NCBI GenBank assembly: GCA_964016885.1
Contig: OZ024745.1
Span: 131,750,001-131,814,000 of the forward strand
Reading direction: 5' to 3'
DNA length: 64,000 nt
Source of the DNA: Eledone cirrhosa
Lineage: Eukaryota
The translations under genes were made by a program, and so were the position numbers. The notes under the pieces were generated by a model that worked only from the letters and a program-made list of their open reading frames with translations, did not search any database and was not told the origin of the DNA. Positions 51,937 to 64,000 of the stretch are shown in pieces (position 1 is the first letter of the stretch; the number at the start of each line of letters is the position of its first letter).

Positions 51937-52192
51937 TCATCATCATCATCACTGTTTTATGTCCGTTTTTCCACGCTAGCATGGGTTAATCGGGTTGTCC
52001 TGTTGTGGGCAGTGTCCGGTCGGCTGACCATGTCTTGCTCATACGGGAACTGATTCTGGCTTGATTTCTACCTAACACTAACCTCATTTACAGTGAGTAC
52101 TGGGTGCCTTTTGTCGTGACACCTACACAACCACTTTACAGTGTGGGCTGGGCACTTTTTGTTGTGTTGCCATCATGACCATTTTACAGGTT
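51937..52192 (-). mobile_element. RTE-tail element
   Basis: Reverse of 21585-21805 with a small deletion. Confidence 0.85.
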
Positions 52193-52361
52193 GGAGGCTT
52201 CATTGGATGATTTCATCTGAATGCAATAGTTCTAGTCCTGTAGGAGTCATTTCTATATAAAATAAAGATGCCAATACTCTACCAACATATAAACTACCTT
52301 ATTTAACTGAGATCATTTCCCAATTAGAACTCCACACTTTTATTTATACCATATAATCATT

Positions 52362-53265
52362 GTTTTTATGTCCGCTTTTCCATGTTTGTATTGGTTGGAG
52401 AGGTTCAGCACAGCATCTCTCCAAGTGTCACAATTCTTACTCCTATCCTATGTGAGTCTCAATGATGTGAAGTCAGCTCTCACAATCTCTGCCCAAGTCT
52501 TCCTTGGTCTACCTCTACTGATATCAGCTCCCACAATCTCTGCCTAGGTCTACCTCTACTCAGATCAGCTCTCACAACCTCTGCCCAGGTCTTCCTTGGT
52601 CTACCTCTACTGAGATCAGCTCTCACAACCTCTGCCCAGGTCTTCCTTGGTCTACCTCTACTGAGATCAGCTCTCACAACCTCTGCCCAGGTTTTCCTTG
52701 GTCTACCTCTACTCAGATCACCTCTCACAATCTCTGCCCAGGTCTTCCTTGGTCTACCTCTACCAAACACTTCCTTCCACTGGCATATCCTGCCACTTCT
52801 TCACCTAACAATCATTGTCCAAGTGCATCAAATGTCCCAAAACAACGCAGTCTTCTCTCTTGTACACTACCTTGAACTCCTCATAAAGTCAGCTTCTCCA
52901 ACTAATCCAAGCTTTGACTCTCTCACATTTACATTACACATCCAACGGAGCATGGTTGCTTCATTTCTCTCCAGCCTATGCACGTCCTCTGCAGTCACAG
53001 CCCATGTTTCACTACCATGTAGCACCTCACGTCCTCTGCAGTCACAGCCCATGTTTCACTACCATGTAGCACCACACGTCCTCTGCAGTCACAGCCCATG
53101 TTTCACTACCATGTAGCACCTCACGTCCTCTGCAGTCACAGCCCATGTTTCACTACCATGTAGCACCACATGTCCTCTGCAGTCACTGCCCATGTTTCAC
53201 TACCATGTAGCACCACATGTCCTCTGCAGTCACTGCCCATGTTTCACTACCATGCAGCATTGGAC
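52362..53265 (-). mobile_element. RTE family 3, 3' fragment containing two internal minisatellite expansions
   Basis: LHGSETWAV...LERNEATMLRWMC and GRPRKTW motifs; 51-bp unit x~6 (52472-52762) and 47-bp unit x~6 (52981-53258). Confidence 0.88.
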
Positions 53266-53305
53266 TTTGCACACACACAAACACACATAATATATATATA
53301 TAGAA

Positions 53306-53379
<74 letters not shown>

Positions 53380-53585
53380 TGCTAATAAGGGTGAGCAAAG
53401 ACAATGGAAAAATAAATGAAGTCTAGTAGGCTATCTTTCAGAGTAATGTCCTAACAAGTATATATCTATGTTATTAGCTGACTGGTTAGAAATGGCAGCC
53501 AAAGCTCCCCCAAATTATATTCCAACTTAAAAAAAAAGTTAAGTGCACATTAAATATTATCGTAGATATCCCTAAAAACATCAAC

Positions 53586-54053
53586 AGAGGCTGGCCACAA
53601 CTGGGATGTTATACATCAGCTCAGTCAAACTTGACCAGGGACTAAACAGGAGAGGCTGGCCACAACTGGGATGTTATACATCAGCTCAGTCAAACTTGAC
53701 CAGAGACTAAACAAGAGAGGCTGGTCACAACTGGGATGTTATTATACATCAGCTCAGTCAAACTTGACCAGGGACTAAACAAGAGAGGCTGGCCACAACT
53801 GGGATGTTATTATACATCAGCTCAGTCAAACTTGACCAGGGACTAAACAGGAGAGGCTGGCCACAACTGGGATGTTATTATACATCAGCTCAGTCAAACT
53901 TGACCAGGGACTAAACAGGAGAGGCTGGCCACAACTGGGATGTTATTATACATCAGCTCAGTCAAACTTGACCAGAGACTAAACAGGAGAGGCTGGCCAC
54001 AACTGGGATGTTATTATACATCAGCTCAGTCAAACTTGACCAGGGACTAAACA
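53586..54053. repeat. 65-68-bp minisatellite, ~7 copies
   Basis: Unit gaggctggccacaactgggatgtt(att)atacatcagctcagtcaaacttgaccagggactaaacagga. Confidence 0.95.
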
Positions 54054-54344
54054 ACCAAATATTAATCTCATCATATTCTATTCAGTTTTTCTTTCACTAC
54101 ACTCTACTGATGTTTCATACAATATACTGACCACACACACTACTCTCTGGCCACATACTCCTCTCTGACTACACACATTCCCCTCTGGCCACACACACCT
54201 CACCAATCACCTCATCACTGAATCACTGGTTGTCTCACACCCCAAAACAGAAATATTATCCTTTAGATACGAAATATGTGTTAAGTGCTTTTTGAAACAT
54301 TCATTTACAGAAATAGATTACAAGTTTCACTGCATATGAACATC

Positions 54345-54697
54345 TATGTATATATATGTGTGTGTGCATGTATATGTGTGTGCATGTATATTTGTGTGTA
54401 TGTATATGTGTGTGTGTGTGCATGTATATTTATGTGTGTATGTATATTTGTGTGTGCATGTATATTTATGTGTGTATGTATATTTGTGTGTGTATGTATA
54501 TGTGTGGGCATGTATGTGTGAGTGTGGGCATGTATGTGTGAGTGTGGGTGTGTGTGTGTATGTATATGTGTATATATGTGTGTATGCATGTGTGTGTATG
54601 TATGTATATATGTATACATGTGTGTATGTATATGTGTATATATGTGTATGTGTGTGTATATATGTGTGTATGCATGTGTGCATATATGTGTGTGTTT
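54345..54697. repeat. (TG/TA)n microsatellite
   Basis: Direct reading. Confidence 0.92.
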
Positions 54698-56029
54698 GTA
54701 TAATTTTGAATGCTTGTGGAGCTAGGAATGGCATCAAAAGTAAAAAAAAAAAAATTATAAATTATTAAGGAGTAACTTTGATAGAGCAAAATAGTGTGAA
54801 ATACATTGCGAGATATTTTACTATGTAGAAAAGAGCAATTAGTGTATCACCATTAGAGACAAAAGGCAATTAACACCCGACCTTACTTCTACATGCATCG
54901 ATTCTGCCTGGCTTAGCAGAAATAATTACTAGACTTACTAATGTAACAGCCCAGAGGGTTGCTTAAGCTGGTAATGCCAGTAATGTGCTTAAGTAAAGTG
55001 ACAGAATGTAGATAAATTGAAATCCAACTAATGAAGTGTAGTTAGTAGATTACAGCTAGTGTCGATTCTGTTTGGTAAGTCACTAGTATCAACCGAGACA
55101 AAAACAATAATTTATATCTACAAATACCATCATAAGAATGATGTTGTTTAGAAGAAGTTAAAACAATAAAAATTGGTGCATAATCTTTATGGTTCATGAT
55201 TCATTTAATACTGAACAATACACTGACTGTATATTCTAAGCTGAGAATTATGTGAAATAAATGAGGTGTGTTGTACAGCAGAATTAATAGTAGTGGCATG
55301 TTGATGTGGACAGCGGTGATACTCATTAGTAGTTTGTAAAGACCTCATCATTTGATACAAAATAAGCAGTATGTATTACTCTGTAAAGTGATAGTGCCAC
55401 AGCACTCAGCCCTCATTGTAAAGTGGAAGTTTTAGTGCCACAATAAAAATCACCAAATCCATCCTTTTAGGTGGTAGCTTTGATGCTATCGTATAAATCA
55501 GCCGGCCCATCCTGCTAGGTGGTAGTGCTGGTGTCATGATTAAATGCACCAAGTACATAGCATGGAACTGTGTTAGGAAAGACATCCAGTTGCAGAAACC
55601 AGAATGAAACATGAGTGAAACGTAATCATCGGACCTGTCTACTCTCAGCATGTGACAACCCATCTAACACAAGTACTGAACGAAACAGATGTGAAAGAGT
55701 GATAATGATGATGACGGTATGCTTCACTTCAAACATCACATCTAGTGGATAGGTAAGAGTTAAAAACTTGCCACAGGTGTTGTGTTGTATGAATTGCCAA
55801 GATAAATAGCTGCTAAAATCTCAGGTCAGCTCAGTAACAACAGCTAAGACCATTTTATTGCTGCAGGAAGAGCAGTATATAATAAATAGGTATTCTTATA
55901 ATCTAGTTGATCGCAGTTCCAAGTATTTCTATGAAGCTGAAGCACATATATAGTATGTACCACCCACCCCAACCTTCCATACATCTCCCATGGCAACAAG
56001 CGGAACCATACATCTAGTGAAGCCTCCAG

Positions 56030-56489
56030 CAACACTGTAAAGTTGTGATGTTGGTGTCACTACAAAAAGCATCCAGCCCACACTGTAAAGTGGTCGTGAG
56101 GTGTCACTACAAAAAGCACCTAGCCTGTACTGTAAAGTGGTCGTGTAGGTGTCACTACACAAAGCACCTAGCCCATACTGTAAAATGGTTGTGTTGGTGT
56201 CACTACAGAAAGCACCCTGCCCACACTGTAAAGTAGTCATGTAGGTGTCACTACAAAAAGTGCCCAGCCAACACTGTAAAGTGTTCATGTAGGTGCCATG
56301 GTAAAAAGCACCCAGTCCACACTGTAAATGTGGTTGGCATTAGGAAAGGCATCCAGCTGTAGAAACCAAGTCAAAATCAGTTCTGTATGAGCAAGACGTG
56401 GTCACCTGACCTGGCATTTCTCACAACAGGACAACTCATCTGACCCATGCTAGCATGGAAAAATGGGCGTTAAATGGTGATGATGATGG
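56030..56489 (+). mobile_element. RTE-tail element with ~6 internal 48-bp repeats
   Basis: Repeated acactgtaaagtggtcgtgtaggtgtcactacaaaaagcacc; an older copy lies at ~55380-55715. Confidence 0.88.
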
Positions 56490-58572
56490 AGTAGATAAAA
56501 AAAAAAAAAAAAAAAAAAACACACTTAAGTGTATTCTCCATAGCAGGGTCATCAAATGTTTAATTTATCTTGTGAAACTGAATATAAAATAGTAAAACAA
56601 GCAACAATAGAAACTTTACTTTTGCCAGAGAAACCAATCGAAATAATAGTTTCATCAGTCACATCGATATTTTCTTAAAAGGCTCACAGTATTTCCCATG
56701 AACTCTACCATAAACAGTTTTATGCAGCAGAAACCAAATATGGAGATATAATTAAATAAATATACATTAGGCAAATGTAAATATTTTTCTCCTTCTCTGC
56801 CAAAATACATGACACTGCTTATAGCAGTGTTACAACCTTATAAATTATTTTTCTTCACAAAGTTTCATTATCAAGTTTCAATACCTTGCTATATGAGAGA
56901 ACACTTTTTGTTCTCTTGTTTTTGTTGTAAACAGCTAAATATTGCCTAGGAGAAAAAAAGTTTTACCATTGATTTCATCATGATGGGTTTTTTTAACTTC
57001 TTTTTATTTATGGCTTTTCTTTTTTGTTCCTGTTTTTTTGTTCACAAAATATTTTTATTAATAATAAATGGAAAACAAAGACTGCAGGAGGCAAGACAAA
57101 GTCAACAAGACCAAATTAAACAGAACTTTAAAATGAAAGACAAAAAGGTAGATGAGTACTAAATTTTCTATTTTTCTTGACAAATAATTGAATCAAAGAT
57201 GAAAAGAAAATAGTTGCCTCTATTTTGCATAAACTTTTACAGGAAAAAAAAAAAAATTACCAACAAACGTCAAAAACAAAAATAAAAGTAAAAAAGACTA
57301 AAACAAAGAAATCTACAGAAAGGAGAATATGTTTATATGACAGCTGAAACGTGATACAGATTTTAGCTGTAGAATATATGGAAAATATATAGAAGAGAAA
57401 ATCAAATGTGAATCACATACTCATTGATTTACAGAAAAAACAAAACCATCTCCCAAACCAACTCTTTTAACTATTTTTAGTGTTTATATGTCATATTGGG
57501 TAGAGAATGGCTTATTATTAGTCATAACAGCAATCTAATAGATGTTAAGGTGATGGACGAGATTTCAGTCAGTGAAGTTTTCTAAGATGCAACATTGTAG
57601 CTGAAGAGATTAATATTGAAATTTATGGGTGTTTTTAAATAGGTTGTCAATATGAACATTATCCAAGACTAGTATTATCTAAAGAAGAAACACTAACATA
57701 TATTTTTTTCTTTCACATAGTATACACTCACTTAACTTTATACTCAACACCCTTCATAGTTGGAATTTATTTTCCCTCTATTTTCAGGAAGACATCAATG
57801 AAAATCATTGTCTTCAGAGAAAATTCAGTCATTCAGCTAAACTTCCGAGCACATTTGCATAAAAAAAGCAAATTTTCAGTTAGTGTCTTATTTAATTTGT
57901 TTTTATATGCAATTTTATCAAGCTAGAATACAGGGAGAAAAAAAGCAGTACAATTTGTGTTTTCTAATTCACTTCACTGCATTTCTTATAAACTTGACAT
58001 TCGTAAAGTTTGTTAGATAAAAAAAAGAAATGGAAACTCCAATGATTCTTTTCCATTATGAAGATCACATACCTGATAGCGAGGACCACTTAACCATTGC
58101 TATAATCATCATCACCATGACCACTACTAGACCCATTTTGTCATCACTGTTATCATCATCACTACATATCAGAAATTAATAACAAAGCTTTGTGTTCATC
58201 ACTGCCATCATAATTATTGTCATTCTCTCCATCAGCATCATTTACCACATTAGCTACACATTACAAAGACCAATGACAATACTTCTAAATTTAAAAAAAA
58301 AACAAAAGAAAAAATACTGAAGAAATCTGAAATTCAAACATGGAGCATTTCTGAGATTAGAAACTGAGTTAGATAACTCTGCAACTTTGTTACATTTAGT
58401 GGGATAAGTCATCAAATAAAGATAAATTATTGTAAGAGTTTTTGTTAAAACTTTGCAAATGATTTACACCAGACTTTGGTGAGTTATTCCAACAGAAATG
58501 GAAAGAGCTTGTACTTAAGGTTTGGAAGCAACAAATGGTAGGTATAATGAGAGCTATATGACTTCTGTTTAA

Positions 58573-59044
58573 CCCTTTCATGACCATATTTCTAATGAAA
58601 TTCACTCTATTTTAATTAATCAATGAAGAATTTTGATGGATTTACTAAAATTATTAATTATTTCATTACTAAGATAGTAGCTTAATGTAAGGTTCTTATA
58701 TAAAATTATGTTGGAAGATTTTAATTTAAATTGGAAACCTTTAAAATGGGTGGTTTTGTTTCATAGCGGCAGAGCTGGTTTTGGCTGGGTTGGTAACTTA
58801 ATGTAGGGTTCTTTTATAGAATTATGTAGGAAGATTTTAATCGGAAACCTTTAAAATAAGTGGCTTTATTTCATAGAACCAGAGGCAGTTTTGTCCAGGT
58901 TGGTAACATAGTTAACTTAATGTAAAGTTGTTATATAGAATTATGTTGGAAGATTTTAATTTAAATTAGAAACATTTAAAATAGGGGGGGGGGGGGTATT
59001 TCATTGAGCCAGGGCTGGTTTTGGCCACGCTGGTAACTAAAGGG
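58573..59044. mobile_element. piggyBac-like MITE with internal ~120-bp triplication
   Basis: TTAA|cccttt ... aaaggg|TTAA; cttaatgta...gaagattttaat...tggtaac occurs three times. Confidence 0.8.
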
Positions 59045-61758
59045 TTAATGGTAGTGACAAAATCCGACCATATCATGCAGAGGATGGGGATATAATCAAT
59101 ACTATGTTTTACCCATATTAACAATTTTGATTGAGAGAAAAAATGCTGCTGAATATTGCAATTGAAATAATAATTTCTTTTGAGTTATACTTATTAAAGC
59201 TTTCTCTAAGTGATGTATTTATGTGCTCATACATTGTGTGATATCAATGTACAAAATAAACTAAATTTCAAACAAAACTTTAAGAACATTTGTTTGAAAT
59301 AAGTGATTCACAGACATATAGATGCAAATGACCAAATATTGCTTTTAATTCCATTCAGCTGTTATTGATCCACTGATAGATGGACATTTAGCATGTCCTT
59401 GCTGACTTATCTATGCTGGTTATAGGCCTATATGCCCACATTGGCCAATTGCAGGTTGAACAGGGTACTCCCATGGTTGAGTAATTAGTTCTGTTCATTG
59501 TCACTGAAGTGAAATTTGAACTCAGAACACAGAGAGCTGGAACACATTCTGTAAGTTACCACAACTGATGTTCTAATAATTTTGCAAATCCATTACCCAG
59601 GAATGGTAGTTTATCAATCCTGAAAGGGTGAAAAGAAAGTTACCCCCAATAAGACTTAAAGAGTTGTAGAAAGCAGGAACAGTTACTGTACAACATTCTA
59701 TCTGACATACTAAGATGTCTGCTAAATCAGCATTTTCAAAAAAAAAAAAAAAAATGATTTTAAATTGTTTTACTGGTTTCAGTCATTGGACTATGGCCAT
59801 GCTGGAGTACTACCTTTATTACATATATTTCTCTATAGTTGAAAGATAAAAGTTGGAAAGATGACAGCCAAGTAAATCTCAGTGGGGGTTTGAATATTTA
59901 ACAAAAAGATACATCACCAAATACCACATTATACTGATTTTTACCAATTATGTCAATGACCCCCTACCATGAACAGTATTAAAATGTATTGCTTCATGAA
60001 GTACAAGACACAAGCATAGTAATTTTGTTCATGTTTAAATACACTCTAAGAATTCAGTTCACACATATTTTGTCACTGGGGGTAAGAAAAATTGCTCATC
60101 ATAACATATTTGTGCCATAACCATTAAAAATGTGAGGAAACTTTGATAACATATACTGAATAAAGAGAACTAAACTTATGAAGAAAAAAGAAAAAGAAAA
60201 TACTTTAATATTCTGCTTGCAGAAGATTATTGACTGTTTTAATGAGGAGATAGAAACTTTACATAAAGCATCATTTCTCATAAACTTCATCTTTGATTCT
60301 AGATAAAATCTCCTAAACAAAAACCATACAGTAGTATTGAACAAGCTGAAACCAAATTCCACTTGAAATTGATTGATTCCAAGGAATGCTGTATCCTTAG
60401 CACAGCTAAACTGGCTGTCAGTAGAAATAAACTGGTTTATTCTCGTCGAGTTATTAATTTTATTATAGTAACTATTTTTGTCTTCTATCCATTCCTTCTT
60501 TATACTATTTCATTCAATTCCTTGCTTTCATCAGGTAAGAATTGGTAAGCAGCTTTACTACATCCTCTTAGGAGGGGGGGGGGGGGGCTGCACGAGAACC
60601 ATATTAGATATTCAGCTGTAAGAAACACGATACAGTGATAAGACTTAGTAAAGAGAGCCTAAGCTGTGTGGAGATAGATGTTGAAATATTTGTAAAATTG
60701 CTAAAGACAAATGACAATGTATGATTATTTAGCAATAAATTTCGCTGTGAGTGTATGAGTATGTGTGTGTGTGTAGATGTTGGTGGAGAGGAATTTTAGA
60801 AAGTATGGGGATAATTCTTTATCAAAGAAATTAAAAATATTAAAAATTGTTTCAATATTGTACTGAATGCATTCCTAAATGCACTTGCAGCTTATAAAAT
60901 TGTACCTGTGCTATAAAGCCATGATTTAATGATATTGGCATTACAACTACACTGATATCTTAAAACTGTGTCCTATGTTTTCTTCAGATATTTCAAAGAA
61001 TAATGGATGATTAATTGAAGGAGTATCAGCTGATAGCATTTTATGTTACAAAACATGAATTTTCACTGGACATGTTCTGTAAAGATCATATATGCTGCTG
61101 GATATCCTTTTAAATGAAGTTAAATATCCTTGTTATGTAGAAGGACCTTTGCAAGGGACATAGAGTTCATAGTTTAATGATGGACTAGCTAGATAGAATA
61201 TCAGGTTTAGTGAAGCAGCTGCCTTGCCACACATAGAGGCTAATGGAAAAAAAGCAATTGACTGGTGTTGACAATATCCTTTACATTGTAGAAATGGAAG
61301 AAGATATTAATCAAAGGAGAAGACACAACACAGCTTTGTATTTAAACATTTTTTTTAGCCTTGATCAATTAAAGGCGACTGAGTCAAATTGAGTCACTAG
61401 ACTGGTTGGAATCATATGAACACTTTTACTTTGAACATATCTGATGTACAATGAAAATTACTTAATGCTTATCTAAGCAAATATATGCTTCCAAAGCATA
61501 GTTTATAAGAACATAAACCAGCAGATAAAGAACACAATATGGGGTGAAATAACATTAATCAGTCAGATATTTTATACAAATGCTCCTATTATGATTGTTA
61601 TATTAGCAGATCTAATCAACCCTACTGATCTTATCTTCAATCATATTCTCTCTGACAATTTTCGTCTCACTTCTTAAGAATTACTGATTTTAATATGAAA
61701 TTAAGCACTTCCATTACTTTGATGATATATACACACATATACACACACACACATACAT

Positions 61759-61811
<53 letters not shown>

Positions 61812-61814
<3 letters not shown>

Positions 61815-62218
61815 AGGCACATAGCTTAGTGGTTAGAGCATTGGCCTTGCAATGCAAAGTGGACGTGGAGGTGCCACGGCAAAAAAGCACCCAGCACTCA
61901 CTGTAAATGAGGTTGGTGTTAGGAAGGGCATCCAGCTGTAGAAATCAAGCCAGAATCAGTTCCCGTCCCACCCTTGCAAGCAGGGAAAAAGCGGACGTAA
62001 AATGAAGTGATGATATATATATATATCCGTGTTGGTAACACGGTAAAAACCTCCCAGTCCACACTGTAAACGTGGTTGGTGTTAGGAAGGGCATCCAGCC
62101 GTAGAAAACCCGCCAGACAGTCCTATACAAGCAAGTCAACCAATCTTGCCTCAAGTGGGAAAATTCCCGTCCAAACCCATGCAAGCGTGGAAGATGGACG
62201 TTAAACGATGATGATGAT
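61812..62218 (+). mobile_element. Internally deleted SINE family B (61812-62012) followed by an RTE 3'UTR copy (62028-62218)
   Basis: Head ggaggcacatagcttagtggttagagc joined directly to the tail; the second unit matches 22490-22670. Confidence 0.85.
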
Positions 62219-63174
62219 ATATATATATACACATATATACACATACACACATATATGTATACACATCTACACACACACATATATATATATATAATGCACA
62301 CACATATACACACACACATATATATACATATACATTTATCAGACCTATTTCATAAAAGAGACCAAATGTAAGAATATTTATGAAAAGAATACTGAGGACC
62401 AAAATACAACAGACAGTATTTAATGATGTTATAGAGAAAGTCAATCTTACAGTCCATAATCACCTCAACTAATAGGCTTTTTATATTGTGAACTAAAGAG
62501 AAATGAGTATTATAATCAGTTGGGTTATAGGAACATTATTTCAAAATCGTGTTACATAAGGTATCTTGACATGGCAAATCAATAGAGTTATTTTAAATGG
62601 CAGATAGAATACTTTCTAGTATTCAGTCAGGTTCTCTGTACTTTGAATTCAAAACCCCACTGAAGTTATCTTTACCTTTCAATAAAAGAAGTACCAGTTT
62701 TGCACTGGGATCAATTCTTCCTGTATGTCTCTTTCTCACTTCTCTTTCCATCTGAAAGAACTTGACTGTGTTCAGACATGGAGAAGGATGAGCTGTACCA
62801 AGTTTAAAATGCCCAAGATAGCACAACTACGATCCCAACAGTAGTTACAGATCCACACATACAGACAATATATCTTGAGCAAAGAAGTCTGGCAGAGACT
62901 ATTCCAATACAACATAAATATACTCCATCAACAATCAGAGATTTTGTTATTTTCCAGTTTCGATGCATTTTACTACATTGATAAGCAGGTTATCTTGGAC
63001 ATCCTTAGTTTCATCACCTCCCATATTTGTTTTAGTTAGGTATATCAAACATCACAGAGAAGTGACACAGGGTACCGAAGGATATAAATAATGTGCCTTC
63101 AAATGTTAAGAGAAAAGGTTAAAAGAATTAAAAACATAATCAATGGGGGAGATATGAGTAGGTTAAACAACTCA

Positions 63175-63411
63175 GTATTGGAGTAAAAATACTTGATAGA
63201 GTGCATAGCTTAGAGGTCTGAGAGTCACTCCAGGTAGAGCTGCTACTTCTCCGAATTGAGAGATCACAGCTCTGATACTATGGACATGTGGTTAGAATGT
63301 CTCTGGAAAGAATCACTGGAAAAGGTTGCTTCTGACAGGACCCACTGGAAGGAGTGTTTGAGGACTCTGCCCCACGACCCTCTCAGGAATAAGTGGGTAA
63401 AGAAGAAGAAC
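63175..63411 (+). mobile_element. RTE family 2, deleted 3' fragment
   Basis: Homologous to 49715-49860; ends gaccctctcaggaataagtgggtaa(aga)n. Confidence 0.8.
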
Positions 63412-63657
63412 TCAGCTTTAACACCTCATTATTGGCATAACACTTTTGTATCTAATACAACACTTATAGTGTTACATATATGAATGTGATCAAATGATAA
63501 GAAAGAGAAATCTTGGCTTTCTATGAGAATTTAACAGCTGCTAAAATATATTTCAACAATACTGAAAAGAGCAATTTCAAGTAAACACCTCACAGTTATT
63601 GTTTACAGATGACATGTCACATAGACATATCAAATAACAGAATATACTGGAAATGTA

Positions 63658-63942
63658 AGGGTAAAAGAGTAAAAATCCCTTCGGTTACTAATAACCATGA
63701 GATTTGCACCTAGAAAGTTCTCATCCAAGGTTGTTTGTGGAAGACCAGCAGTCACCCATGCATTCCAGTCTCTCCTCTCCATACCACCAATGTTGTCCAA
63801 GGGAAAGATAATGGCTGATACAGCTTGGCACCAGTGACGTTGCAACTCATTTCTACAGCTGAGTAAACTGGAGCAACGTGAAATATAGTGTCTTGCTTAA
63901 GGACACAATGCAACACCCAGTCAGAGAATTGAACTCAACCTC
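63658..63942 (-). mobile_element. SINE with family B head/CORE-like domain but a different 3' body
   Basis: 63848-63940 matches 6540-6635; 63658-63847 is unrelated to the family B tail. Confidence 0.7.
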
Positions 63943-64000
63943 AAGGAGTGTTTGAGGACTCTACCGCCCCTCCATGACGGAGAAGAAGAAGAAGAAGAAG

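Noticed and set aside
57770-57862. Acceptor-like ttttccctctattttcag followed by EDINENH...FA-stop (similar acceptors at 39768 and 44047)
   Set aside because: Short, no recognisable domain, no partner exon; cannot be supported without transcripts.

Overview
AT-rich, repeat-saturated eukaryotic (animal) DNA. The repeat repertoire suggests a mollusc, probably an octopus-like cephalopod, but that is inference. No host protein-coding exon could be supported: nearly all long ORFs in the track are microsatellite or minisatellite artefacts or retroelement remnants. Recognisable content: a 5'-truncated RTE-clade LINE (APE+RT, four in-frame stops, ~28617-31710 minus); fragments of other RTE, CR1-like, CRE-like, R4/Dong-like and Penelope-like (PLE) retroelements; two tRNA-derived SINE families; hAT, piggyBac-like and mariner-like MITEs; a Helitron-like element; many mini- and microsatellites; and one CpG-rich candidate promoter/first exon (~26476-26724). 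The most notable observation is a dispersed set of eight minimal type-I hammerhead-ribozyme-like motifs, some intact and some broken. They lie in PLE pseudo-LTR-like remnants, mostly inside (TA)n tracts, and several carry fold-back inversions at their 5' ends, including a perfect 89-bp palindrome. All calls were made by eye and most element boundaries are approximate.
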